A stretch of 64,000 nucleotides of DNA from Lingula anatina (lineage: Eukaryota > Animalia > Brachiopoda): assembly GCA_051362555.1 (NCBI GenBank), contig CM120643.1, positions 28,896,848-28,960,847 on the forward strand. Direction: 5' to 3'. Shown here piece by piece: positions 31,898 through 64,000 of this stretch. The notes beneath the pieces were generated by a model. The model worked only from the letters and a program-made list of their open reading frames with translations, searched no databases and was not told the DNA's origin. How positions within the stretch are numbered: the stretch's first letter is position 1; each line of letters opens with the position of its first letter. The position numbers and the translations under genes are program-made.

Positions 31898-34896
31898 ATG
31901 GCTGACAGTGAACTTGAAGCAATTCGGGCCCGGCGTTTGGCTGAAATGCAGGCCCAGCAACAGGTATATGAGACATTTAACAAAAATAAAATAAACTGTA
32001 AATACAGAGTTACAACCGCAGTTTTGTCATCTGATGCTTTATCACATCCTTTGTGTTAAATTTTATCATTTAGAATGTGATCTCTTCTAAAACCATAGTC
32101 AGTAGAGTTAATCAGTAAATCACGCCTAGCTATTTCCAGTTGTGTTTCTATGATGGATCAACCAGTAAAATGTTTGTTAAAAATGCCAGCCTATGTACGT
32201 TTTAAGATTTTTAATGAAGTCAAAAGTCTGGATCAAAAGGCAGATTCTTCAGCATGACTTCAGCCTTAATATCTGCTCCTGTATTTTCTTTTTATGTTTA
32301 ATGTACATTATCAATTTGTATTGTATGATGTAAGGGAGGCAGAGGTGGGAGAGGAGGCCCTTCCCAGGAAGAACAGGAGGAGATGAAGGCAAAACAAGCA
32401 GACATGAGAAATAGCATTCTATCTCAAGTGCTAGACCAGCAAGCTAGAGCAAGGCGTGAGTAGGATATTAAATCCTGTGCATTATCCACAGTGGTCTATC
32501 TATGATGTGACTCATCTCAGCCTAATGTCGGTCTGTCTTTATCATATTTGATACCAGTCAGTTGAACTTAGTCATCAGTATAATTGGATGACAATAATAA
32601 TCTTAATAAATTATTATAATAATTCAGCTAGAAATTTGCTATTATAATTATTTTTATGGTGCGTTACAGTTTCAATGCGTCTAACATAAAGGGTGAAAAT
32701 AGGAAAACAAATTAGAACTATCTGTTCAATTTTCATAGTATCATATTCAAGGTAACAGTAAATATGACTGTCATAATATTGAAAATGTTATTGTCATGTC
32801 AGGTAAGGAAAATATGTAATTCTTCTATTCATTTTGCCAAAAGTAATTTAATACTTTTCATTATTTTGGCCAGTAAATACCATTGCTGTGGCCAAACCAG
32901 ATAAAGCCAAGAAGGTGGAAGACATGCTCATTCAAATGACACAGATGGGACAGATACAGACAAAGGTAATATACATAATGCTTGACTGCCAAATTTTAAT
33001 CAGGGATTGAGCTCAAAACAGCTGCCAGAACAGGTGGCTTTGGAGAAATACTTTTGTGGCCCTAAGCTCATATAAGGAAGTGAAAGAGAGAAAGTTAAAA
33101 AGACTTAACACATGTTTAGAGCTGACCTTGTAATAAATGATGCACACCAATTCAGGTTTTGATATAAAATGGCGTAAAGCATGTTCAGACAATTTACGAC
33201 TAAGGAAAGAAAATGAATTAATATATAAATCCCTTTTTGAAATTTTTATTAAAAAGTACACACTCTCTCCCTCTCTTATGTCTGCACACACACACACACA
33301 CACACACACACCAAAACACACACACACACACATGCACACACACACACACCAAAACATGCACACACACACATGCACACACACACACACCAAAGCGCACACA
33401 CACACGCACACACACACATACTTGTCTATGTGTACCAACCGAGGACATCAGCACAACACCATACAACCGAGGACATCTTATTCCTTGGTTAAATCAAAAT
33501 AAAAACATTCAATTTAGGGTAAAATCTATTCGAGTATGAATGTTATAAATTAATTTTTTATAAAAACTAATTTTTTGCTGACAAGAATTTTACATTCTAA
33601 CCGAGGACACACACGGACACACACACGGACAGACACTACACATTACAACCGAGGACATGCATGCATCTACATGTAATAATGATTGTACTTTTAATGCAAA
33701 GCAAATTTTATATAGCGTTACTTTGCAGCAATTCACATTTTTATGAAATTCTTTCATATTTAAGGTAAATTCCAAAATAACACCAGAGGTGATGATTAAA
33801 TGAACAGTTATACAATATTTAATGCTGGGCTTTGCCACTTTTTTAGAATTGAAGATTATGAGATAAAACATCAATTAATTTAGGAAAAGAAAGGATACTG
33901 ATGAAATAAAATAAAAGACCAAAGAAATTCGTTTTCAAACATTTTATTTTCATAATGCTTATTTTCTATTTAGCACTCTTTTATTATCATGAATTTTATA
34001 TTTTGATAACACAAAGTGTCGTCCATTGGATACAGACTTGCACAGTACACAATTTTACAATTGAGGACATCATGCCAGCAGCACCCAAAATTGTGCTTTC
34101 TTCCAATTTGATGCAATATTATATAATGCTTAACAGCATAATGATCATCAATTTTTTATAATAAAATATTAGTATCATGAATATTCAGAAAACGTGACTA
34201 GCAAAGGTTTTCAGGTTCATGGAACTCCAAAGTCATACTTTGAAAATGCTAAATGTATACAAGAGAGCACTGTACTGAAATGGGTTTCTTTCCATTTTTA
34301 ACTTTTTTACATAAAATAATACAGTTTACTGCCATTTCACATGATCAACTAAGAAAATTGTTGAGATGGCAAAAATATCAATATAACAAGTTTAAATGTC
34401 CAATTTCCTCCATTCCGAACATTGTGAATGATTGAATCTGACAAACTACAATGATACGAGTTCATTTCCATTTTGGCACTTTTTTTACACAATACAAGAT
34501 AACAGGTTTACCACCATTTTTATATAATCAACTAGCAATATTGTCAAGACGCAGAAATTGTCAAACAACCCATTTTACATATCTAGTAAATTCAATAATG
34601 AGACTGTTTACATGCCTGACAATCAAATCTGAGGAAAACCACTTATATACAAATAAAAGCTGAAGTCCCTCAAAACTCAACCAATCAATCTTATTTTTAA
34701 ATTTGATTTGTATATAGATAACATTGATCACTCTTGTGAGTTTAATGACAACAGGCCTATCGGTTCTCCCTGAAATGTGCTTACAGTGTTACTAATATGC
34801 TTTTACTAATAATCATCAGTTCTGTGAGTTTCATGAAAACAGGCTTTAAGTTATTGGTTCTCCCTGAAATTTGCTTACAGTGTTACATATATGCTG

Positions 34897-34940
<44 letters not shown>

Positions 34941-37900
34941 AAACAAACAAAACAAAACAAAACAAAAAAAAAAAAAAACAGCATAAAATTTGAAAGAAAA
35001 GGGCCTGGTCTTGCTGATTTTCAATCTTGACCATTCTTTTACTAATAATCATCAGTTCTGTGAGTTTCATGAAAACAGGCTTATTGGTTCTCCTTGAAAT
35101 ATGTTAACAGTGTTGCATGTACACTGAAAAAAGGAGAAAAAAATGCAAAACTTTTGAAAATAATCACCCCATTTCCTCCATTTTGAGACACTGTATTACA
35201 CAGTACATGATAACATGTTTACCGTCATATTTATATAATCAACTAGCAATGTTGTAAAGATGCAGAAAATTTCAGACAAACACTAACATATTTACATATC
35301 TAGTTAGTTCAATAACGAAACTGTCAACATGCCTGACAATCAAATCTGAGGAAAACCACTTATATACAAATAAAAGCTTAAGTCCCTCAAAACTCAACCA
35401 ATCAATCTTATTTTTAAACTTAATTTGTATATAGATAACATTGATTACTCCTGTGAGTTTCATGAAAACAGGCTTATTGGTTCTCCCTGAAATGTGCTTA
35501 CAGTGTTACTTATATGCTGAAAAAAAAAAACAGCATAACATTTGAAAGAAAAGGGCCTGGTCATGCTGATTTTCAATCTTGACCATTCTTTTACTTATAA
35601 TCATCAGTTCTGTGAGTTTTATGAAAAGAGGCCTATTGGTTCTCCTTGAAATGTGTTTACAGTGTTACTTATATGCTTAAAAAAAACAGCATAACATTTG
35701 AAAGAAAAGGGCCTGGTCATGCTGATTTTCAATCTTGACCATTCTTTTACTAATAATCATCAGTTCTGTGAGTTTCATGAAAACAGGCTTATTGGTTCTC
35801 CCTGAAATGTGCTTACAGTGTTACTTATATGCTGAAAAAAAAAAACAGCATAACATTTGAAAGAAAAGGGCCTGGTCATGCTGATTTTCAATTTTGACCA
35901 TTCTTTTACTAATAATCATCAGTTCTGTGAGTTTTATGAAAAGAGGCCTATTGGTTCTCCTTGAAATGTGTTTACAGTGTTGCATGTACAATGAAAAAAG
36001 GAGAAAAAATGCAATCAAATCTGAGGAAAACCACTTATATGTATCAAAACAAGGCACAACTTCCACAAAACTCAACCAATCAATCCTATTTTCAAACTTG
36101 ATTTGTATATTGGTAACATTGATCACTCCTGTGAGTTTAATGACAACAGGCCTATCCGTTCTCCCTGAAATGTGCTTACAGTGTTACTTATATGCTGAAA
36201 ATGGCAGAAAAAAAACAGCATAACTTTTGACAAAAAATGGCCCGGATATGCCGATTTTTGATCTTGACAACCCTTTTACTAATAATCATCAGTTCTGTGA
36301 GTTTCATGACAATAGACCTATTGCTTCTCCTTGAACTGTGTTTACAGTGTTGCATGTATGCTGAAAAAAGCAAAAACAACAGCAAATTTTCTGAAAAAAA
36401 AAGCAGCCCATTATGAAGATTTTCAAACTTGACCTGCGTTTAACTAATATTCATCAGTTCTGTGAGTTTCATGAAAATAGACCTATCGGTTCTCTTTAAA
36501 ATGTTGCATCGCATATAATATTTTGCTGAGAAAAGGGAAAAACAGCAACTTTGTATAATTGGCCAGATCACACTGATTACGTTGATTGCAATTTATATAG
36601 CATTCCTTCTGGGAGAGATCGATCCATAGTTAGTACGATAGGATCTGGGAACGGTCCCTTAATCGTTTTTGCCGTGTGCATATCCGAACTGTAGGCCTAT
36701 ATATCAGGACGCGTAATTGTCGGGGCGTCTTTTTTTTTTCTTTTTTTATTTCACAAAGCGGTTCTTGCAAATGCGGTGTTTATGAATATGTGTGCTCTGT
36801 GTTAGCGACATGGACCGACAGGGGCCCATCCAAAATATAATTTCACTTCAGTTGTTAGATTTAGTATTTATTCTAGCAGCCAGGTGTATAACAAACAGGT
36901 CAGATCTACAGGTGAAAAGAAGTGACTGTAGTTCGCAGAGCCATTATGTAATAATAAATGTTTCATAATGTCATAGCCTTCTTCAAACTGTCAGGGGTAG
37001 ATTAATTCATAGTTAGCTAAGGGGCCCTTTACACTGGACGGCGTCCTTTCTGCGTCCTGTAGTACGGATCCATTTGAGAGTACAAAATTATAATACTTAA
37101 CTTTCTGACAACTGACCAATCACCAAATATTCATTTTTTTTTCAACCAAAGCAATGCTTGTACCTCCTTTCTACGACCACAGTGATGCCAGTTTCTTGGT
37201 CGCACAAAGGACGCCGCCCCAGTGTAAAGGGGGTTTACGGACGATCCATTTACCCTTTTCATTTACTCTGAAGTATCGAATAAAAGAACTGATGGAATAA
37301 AAGTACTGGGTGGAAAAAATCTCAAAATTTAATAAAATTACTGATGGAATAAAAGTACTGGGTGTAAAAAATCTCGAAATTTAATAAAAGTACTGGATGG
37401 AATAAAAGTACTGGGTGGAAAAAACCTTTGCACCACTCCCCCCCCCCCCCCCAAAAAAAAAAAATGAAATAAATAAATAAAAGTAAAGAAGAAGAAGAGA
37501 AAGAAAAAAGCTAGCTATTGATCATTGTAAAAAAAAAAAAAAAATTCACCAGGTAAAATTCACTCAGTATTATAATTTATCTTAATATATATATATATTT
37601 GCCATGAGTTAAATTTCATAATCGTCAGGGGCCGAAGGCCCAGATATGTCGCACCTAAGCCGCCTCTGAGAGCCATACGGAGACGTTATTCATAGTAAAT
37701 TTATTCTCAGATATAAGGTTCGTTTTGCATACCTGTAAACTCCTAAGGGTTTATCTTACATAGAAATGTGATTTAACATCGTTTAAATCATAAATCGGCA
37801 TGAAATAATTGACGTTTGAAAACAGGCACAACTTCTTTGCTGCACTTGAAATGACCTCTTTAGCTATAAATATGATCCTATCACCTTGCGACATTGCATC

Positions 37901-38854
37901 ATTCGATCGATGTACATGAGTAGTTGTCACTGTTGAAGGGAAAGCACGTCTATTTATAGGAACTGAAATCAGGTGACGCATGTACTGTTGTGTTCAGAGA
38001 GCGACTTCCGCTTGACCTACTTTCCAGTGCTGTTGGTAGAACAGTCGGTAATGAGTTGAGATCTCAATTTTCTTCTCATTATACTTCAATTTAAGAAAAT
38101 AAAAAGCGTGACTTGTACTTGTGTAATTTCCCACCGGTACAATATGTATTTAATAAACATACCGGGTGGAAGATTTTTGAAAAATTAATAAGCGTACTGG
38201 GTGAAAATGGAGCGTACCGGCGGGAAGAAATTTGGAAAATTAATTAACGTACCGGTACGTTTATTTGATTCTTGCACCCTCAAAAGATTGTCGGTCCTAA
38301 GATCTACCGAGTGAGCCACAAATTCAGACAGTTCTTCTTTATTTAAACCACTCCAAGTCAGTTGTACTAATAAAGAAGCGTGCCGTAATATGTACAGTGC
38401 GATGATAGTTATGTAGTTACGTAACGGCCTAGGAGAGCTTAATTTGATAAAAAAGACCTTTAGTTTAAAAATATGAACTTACTGAATATATAGACATCTG
38501 AGATATAACATTAGTTTCAGTTTAGTCTGCCCTTTACAGCACAACCGAGGACGCGGAATTTGGTCCGCCCTTAACAGCACAACCGAGGACGCGTGTGTAT
38601 AGCCCGATTTCAGACAAAAAGTTGGACAGTATTTCTGATACACTCGTGGCGGGAATTTGGCCCGCGCTATACAGCATAACCGAGGACTGGCTCAGAATAG
38701 CGTCAAATTTCACCACCTAACTTGAAATGGGCCCCTTTATGCATTCCACTGCTTATGTCAACCGAGGACGTCCTCGGTTGGAGGTGTGTCCTCGGTTAGT
38801 GGGTTTCGGGCGGGTGTGTGTCCTCGGTTAGAATGCGTGCACAAGAGCACCAAA

Positions 38855-38902
<48 letters not shown>

Positions 38903-39360
38903 ATTTGATAATTTTGCTTTCAAATTTTCAGCTAAGTGAAGATCAGCTGAAGTCACTATTGGAGAGAGTGAGTGAGCAGACACAGAAAACCAAAGTGAAG
39001 GTAAAAACGCATTTCACAGTTGTGATCACACCTAACACAATTCTGATAACAACCATGACCAACCACCTGGTCACCTATCAATCATGACCAACACAAATGT
39101 GGTCACAGCTAACACAATTGTGGTCACAACAAACACAAATGTGGTCACAGCTAACACAATTGCAGCTTCCATCTTGCTTTGTTAACTTTTTGTGTAGAAA
39201 CATTGCTTGCCAATGCCATGTAAACCAATCGTCAAATTAAAAAGTGATCATCTTTTTTTATACATTTTACAGTATATTTTTGTTATAATATATTGGCCTA
39301 TTCTTCTTTCAGTTTGACAGGCGCAGAGCGGCATTAGATGACTCAGATGATGACATGTGA
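31898..39360 (+). CDS. PDCD5: Programmed cell death protein 5, 5 exons
   Basis: Exons 31898-31963 ([22 protein letters not shown]), 32335-32455 (..[17 protein letters not shown]), 32874-32965 ([22 protein letters not shown]..), 38932-39000 ([23 protein letters not shown]), 39313-39360 ([15 protein letters not shown]). GT-AG boundaries and phases are consistent. Confidence 0.96.
33285..33418. repeat. (CA)n compound microsatellite, continuing at 38848-38900 after the transposon
   Basis: Read directly. Confidence 0.9.
33419..38847. mobile_element. Non-autonomous CACTA/EnSpm-like DNA transposon (5.4 kb) inserted in (CA)n in PDCD5 intron 3
   Basis: Both ends read CTTGT-N11-AACCGAGGACA in inverted orientation, with multiple subterminal AACCGAGGAC repeats, CA on both flanks and internal tandem repeats. 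No transposase ORF. Confidence 0.65.
34610..36500. repeat. Complex tandem repeats (about 155-180 bp, recurring ATCATCAGTTCTGTGAGTTTCATGAAAA..TTGGTTCTCC) inside the CACTA-like element
   Basis: The motif recurs about 10 times with poly-A spacers. Confidence 0.85.
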
Positions 39361-41454
39361 ATTCTGCTTCCAACTGTGATAACAAATGAACTCCTCCACA
39401 TGGCATGTCTGTATTATCGCAGGAAAAATGGCTTGAATGATCTAAGATGGAACACACAGACTGCACGCAGCATTTTGTGTAGGCTTGGTTGTGTGACAGT
39501 GGTAGTTTGGTTATAATTGCTTGACTTGAATGGCCTACAGGAATGGAAAAAGGAAGAGAGATATTTAATATAATTGGCTCCATCTCTTTGCCATTTCTTC
39601 AGATATTTTGTACTGGGATGTGTCCATTCAGTTACTGTCAGTGGTTGACTGTATTTATATAATAAGATAAAAGCTTGTACAGCAGGGCATAAGCCACCCC
39701 TCTCCTCCTTTCCCTGCCCCCCCCCCCCCACCCCCTACCATGCCATAGGGTGCAGTTTTCACGTGTTCTTGTAATTTTTTTTACTTTGAGATTTGAGTTA
39801 ATATTATTTAGTGTCCATACATAACAGTAAATGTAGTCACTGGTGATAAACAAGTTCACATGCAGAGCGTAAATTAATAAAATAGAAGTGTGGTTTCAAT
39901 GGAACAATGATTATGTAAACATGTATGGTGTTTCTTTTTTATGTTTCCTTTTTAATTAACATACTTTTTATGAATGATATGGACTAGGCTCACCATTTTA
40001 AAATCAACTAAGACAGTTCGAATTTTTTCATTTAAAATGTAACTTAGATCTTCAATTATCATTAAATCAATGTTGATATTCGTATTTTGTATGCATCCTT
40101 TCTGTAATATTATACCTCAAGTTCCTCAGTTTTTTGTCTTCTTTTGTATTTTGTGTTTAAATCAAGAAAGCATCTGCACCTTAAAATCTACCTGCTGAGA
40201 ACATGAACCTGGAGCAAAGAAAGACATCTGGCCCGAAGTTGGTGAAGAAAATGTCTCAGATTCTTAGGCATCTGCTTTATGGTTTTATAGAAAAATAGGA
40301 TTGATTTATCATAAACATGGAATAAACAGCTCTGAAATTCGGGTAGATTTTCTTGTCATGTGAAATGAGTATTTTATGACACTTTATGCTGAATCATCTC
40401 TAAATATAGCATGATAAAAATAAAGACTTTAAACCAAACCTTTAAACTTGTCAAAGTTTATAGAAAACAAGAAGCAGTCAAACTTCCCTTCTAAAATTAG
40501 GGTTACAATAATATTGGGTTTTGTTTGCTAAAACCCTGTATATATCCTGGGATTCACTTTCAATGTGTGTCAGCTTCTGCAAGGTTCTGACATCAAAATA
40601 AAGTATTCCTATTTTGATATGCATTAGATGTCAATAATAAAGTCACCCAAGAGAACAAAAAAATTTACTTCAATATTTATTTTATTCTCCCATGATTTTC
40701 AATATCTAAACTAGTTAAAGGTCAGGGCCTCATAAAACCTGCAACAGAAATGGCATCAGTTTGAGAAAATGAGAAGATAAGAAAATCCAATCTTTTACTT
40801 GAAGACCTGCTTTGCTGCACCAAATGTAAAAACATCTAGGCAGATATACCTGTGCTTTTGTGTAAACTGTTTATTTCCCATTTTAGCACTACTTTTGGTG
40901 TATCACAGCACTGAGGCATTTTCTATTGCACCGTGATCATTCATCCATTTAAATATATCAAAGGTCTTTACCATTTTGAAATTATATGTATATCAGTGTG
41001 CTATATGGGTTGTTCCTTTACTTGAGGAACAAGAAATGTCATCACGTCTTTCTTTTCATGGACAGACACTAATCATAATACATGTAGAAATGTAGCCATC
41101 ACCTGTGTCTGTCAGCCCTGCTGCTGTGCACTTTCTACTTGCTTGTCTTTCATGTTGACTTTGTGGAAAATCCCTCTTTAACTCTTTAAGAACATGAACA
41201 TATTATACAATTGGATAATGGATAACTGTTCCACAAATAGATCTAATTGTCATACTATTTATAATTTTGATATCATCACAATCTCTGCTCTGTTCAATAT
41301 ACTGTCATCCTACTTTATAGACAAATATATGCACCATATCATTTCTGTTGCTTATAACATTTAAAGCATATTTAACAATTTTGTTTCAAGCGACAAAAAA
41401 ATGTTATACATCTTGTAGATAAAACCTACCCAGATACAGAAAGACTGTATATGA

Positions 41455-41506
<52 letters not shown>

Positions 41507-41632
41507 CAGAAAAAAGCACCTGTATTTGACAGAAAAATAATTAAAAAAAAATTAAATGTCTACTTCTCATATTCATCTCTTAACTTTCTCACACAAGAAT
41601 ACGTACCATATTTATAATTTAGTCACTAGTTA

Positions 41633-41735
41633 CAACAGAACCAGTATCTTGGATGTGTTCAGACATGTTGACACAACTTCATACTTTAAAAGTTGTGTCA
41701 ACATGTCTGAACACATCAAGATCCTGTTTCTATTG
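41633..41735. repeat. Near-perfect palindrome or hairpin (about 45-bp arms) downstream of the WDR7 stop codon
   Basis: GATGTGTTCAGACATGTTGACACAACTT / AAGTTGTGTCAACATGTCTGAACACATC. Confidence 0.85.
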
Positions 41736-42064
41736 TAAGGAGTGACTGAGATCTACTTCACCTCTCACCTCATAGTCAGCCTATCACCAGAAAATATCAT
41801 TTTACATTTCTAGCATTATATATTCAATCTCTATTCTTTGAGCAGGAAAAAAAAAATTCAAGTCTAGTTTTTACACAGCAAGAGATAATTCATTGCCAGA
41901 AAACTTTTATCTTCTATTGTAAGCAACATTTAAAAACAACATCATATCTGTGTTTGAATTTTTACTTCTTCATAGTTCTATTTTCTTTGTTTCCTTTCCT
42001 TTTCTGTCTTTTGTCTTTTGTGAGAGAATCACGACGCTGGCTTGTCATGGACAGCGTCATAAAA

Positions 42065-61460
<19,396 letters not shown>

Positions 61461-61473
61461 TCAAACATTACAC

Positions 61474-61710
61474 ACCCAGACAGCCTCAGTAATCTGGCCC
61501 ACGTCTGGCCCAGATCTGGCAACGTCTGGATTATCAAAATCTGGCCCAGATATTGCCAGACACTTGCCAGATCTGGGCCAAGTCTGGCAAAGTCTGGCAT
61601 TTATGCCACATTTTGCCAGACACTTGCCAGATCTGGGCCAAATCTGGCAAAGTCTGGCATTTATGCCACATTTTGCCAGATGCTGCCCAGACTTGGGCCA
61701 GATATGGTAC
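61474..61710. repeat. Short repeat cluster with 60-bp tandem units and palindromic GCCAGATCTGG cores, probably a DNA-transposon end
   Basis: 61561-61620 is repeated at 61621-61680. Confidence 0.7.
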
Positions 61711-61845
61711 TTTCATTTTCAATTTTTATTTTCTATTTATTTATTTTTTATTGACCAGTGAGCTGAATGCATTGAACTGACGTCATTTGATAAATTTTGA
61801 TTTAATTTATCTCTCTCTTTTTTCTTCAAAGTCCCCTCATAAGTG

Positions 61846-63303
61846 TGCTATTTGTTTAATTTGACTTGACATTTGAATGAATTCACTGATCTAAAACTTT
61901 TTTGGACTACTCGTTCCGCTGTTGTAAGATTCCGCTTTTTATGCTAAGCCGGTCAAGGACCCGGATGTAGCGTTTCTTAGAGTTATGGATATGAAAAAAG
62001 CACAAGCGTATCAAACTGATACAATTTCGTTGAGTGATTTGATTCGTGGTGCGATTTATTTCGAAGGCATCAACACTGGCGACGAGGATAAACACTAGTG
62101 CAAAACTGTGAGTCAAGTGTCTTTGAAAAAAATGGAGAAAAAATGTGAAGTTACGGAATTCGAACCGTACAGAAGTCCGGAGACATTAGGGTCACGCTCG
62201 ACGCGATGGCTAGACAGTTTAAACTCTTCGCTGACGGAAAAGATTGATCTTTTCAAAACCAACGAACGGCATGAATAATGAACAAAGATAGAAAATTAAA
62301 AATACATGACAAAGGAGACGCGCGCTTATGTTGTATTCAGCAGGGACAGGTGTACAACTTACAAGATATTTTCAGGACTCTCCCAAACACAGGTTAGAAA
62401 CATGAATATACATAAGACAGTTAACGCTTTGAATGAAATTGGAACACCAGAAACTGAGTATGATGAAACTGAAGTCATTTGACAAACCAAGCCAGTCTAA
62501 ACATTACGAGTTTAGACATGAAAAACGAAGTAGAAACTCCCTGACTGAGAAAACATGGAACGTTGGATCACTTTGCAAAACTCTGCAAAACTGAACCTAT
62601 TATTCATGTAAATGACAGCTTTGAACATGATAATCCAGGAGTGCATATACATTTGGTGTGGGAACCAATGCACAGAAGACATGGAGGAAATAGAGGAGGT
62701 GTTAATCTCAGTGTATTACCAGATTCAGGTGCATATTGTAATATCATTGATGAAAATACATGGAGAATGCTGAAATCCAAGAAAAATAAATGTGACTCTT
62801 GTGGAGGACCAGAAAACAAACAGTATTATTCATACACGTCTGAGAAACCTTTAAAAGTGAAGGGAACATTTGAATATGACGTAAAGGCAAGCAAAGGAAG
62901 AGACCAGTAGTAGTGAAAGGACATGGGATTTGATATGAGTTGATTAGTTTTGAGAATTTTCAGTGTGGTTTAAGGAATAAAAGTTGGAGTTCATATGCTA
63001 TTCTGCAAATGTTTGAAAAGACATTTTAAAGACTGAACTGTCAATTAACATGTTTTGAAAGGACCGTTTCTCTCCAAGAAAGGAAGGGATGTTGTGTTTG
63101 GACTTGACATTTGAATGAACTTTTGTTAACTTGGTAGAGTTACTTGTTCCATTGTTGATTCCTTTAATAACTATAAGCTTGTCAAGGAGGCGGGTGTATC
63201 ATTTCTTAGTGTTATGGATTTGAAAAAAGCGCAAGCATTGCAAACTGGTTCAATTCATTGAGTGATTTGATTCATGATGTGATTTAATTCAAAAGCATTG
63301 ATA
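61846..63303 (+). mobile_element. Old, internally deleted Gypsy LTR element
   Basis: Diverged LTRs at about 61846-62075 and 63090-63303; PBS TGGCGACGAGG at 62077; PPT AAGAAAGGAAGGGA before 63090; gag/protease relics (HFAKLC, LPDSGAYCNII) at 62563-62910. Confidence 0.8.
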
Positions 63304-64000
63304 CTGGGGTTTGTTTTTGTGCACATGTAATTCTCTTTTAATTGTACATCTATATCTGTGCTGGAGTATACATATTTTTTTTTTCAGAATTTACATGTAT
63401 GTACAGTACTGTAGCCAGCATGCAAGTTGAATTGAAACAGTTACTGCATGGTTATTTATAATTTTGTTATAACTCTCCATCATCTAAAAAAGAATGTTTT
63501 TTCATTCATTATTCAAGATTTATCCATTACAAAACTATATTCATTAGTGATTATTATTATTAATGATATGTTTGAATTAGTTTAAAAATGACAATGTATA
63601 ATATTATTTAGGTTGAGGTGTGCAAAAATATTTCCCCCTCAAATCCCTCCCCCCCCCCCCTATGTACATGCATAATTAATTACAATTTTTGTAATTTGTG
63701 TTAATTCAGATTCGATGAGCAGCTTTGTGTTGAAAAAAAAATTGTTGTTATAACTGTTTTCTTTACATGTATGTAAGTGACATTTCCTCCTGTTAAGTGT
63801 CTGTATATTTGCCTTTTTGCAGTGTGGTTTTTTTTTTTTTTTTTTTTCAAACATACAAATTGTTTTGTACAAAAAGACAAGGAGTGGCCCTTAATTTGTT
63901 GCATGTTAGTTGCCAGCAAGGTTATATAATGTGTAATAATTTTGTTTAGGGTTTTAGCACAGAATAAATACTTGAATCTTGAATCTTGTATGTCTTTTTT

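Noticed and set aside
33013-33539. His/Thr- and Cys/Val-rich ORFs
   Set aside because: Translations of the (CA)n microsatellite.

Overview
AT-rich, intron-rich animal genomic DNA; the repeat content suggests an invertebrate, possibly a mollusc (inference). It contains three conserved host genes: CCNDBP1 (minus, 10 coding exons, 650-31831), PDCD5 (plus, 5 exons, 31898-39360, head-to-head with CCNDBP1) and the 3' part of WDR7/rabconnectin-3beta (minus, 42065 to beyond 61371). The 26.7-kb CCNDBP1 intron (3468-30175) holds, on the opposite strand, four tandem paralogues built as signal peptide + SUEL/rhamnose-binding-type lectin domain + Thr/Ser mucin stalk + TM helix + cytoplasmic tail with two canonical ITAMs. 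Copies 1 and 3 look like intact membrane receptors; copies 2 and 4 stop before the TM. The array is interrupted by nested mobile elements, including a very recent intact Gypsy LTR retrotransposon whose Gag starts with a ComEA-like helix-hairpin-helix and which carries two extra 3' ORFs behind splice acceptors. A WDR7 intron holds an intact two-ORF LINE (ORF1 with an HPD-less J-domain and an SGNH esterase). Also present: MITEs, a CACTA-like element, a Helentron-like element, a 48-bp minisatellite, a truncated L1/Tx1 and an old Gypsy relic. All calls come from reading the sequence and recalled family motifs; no searches were run.
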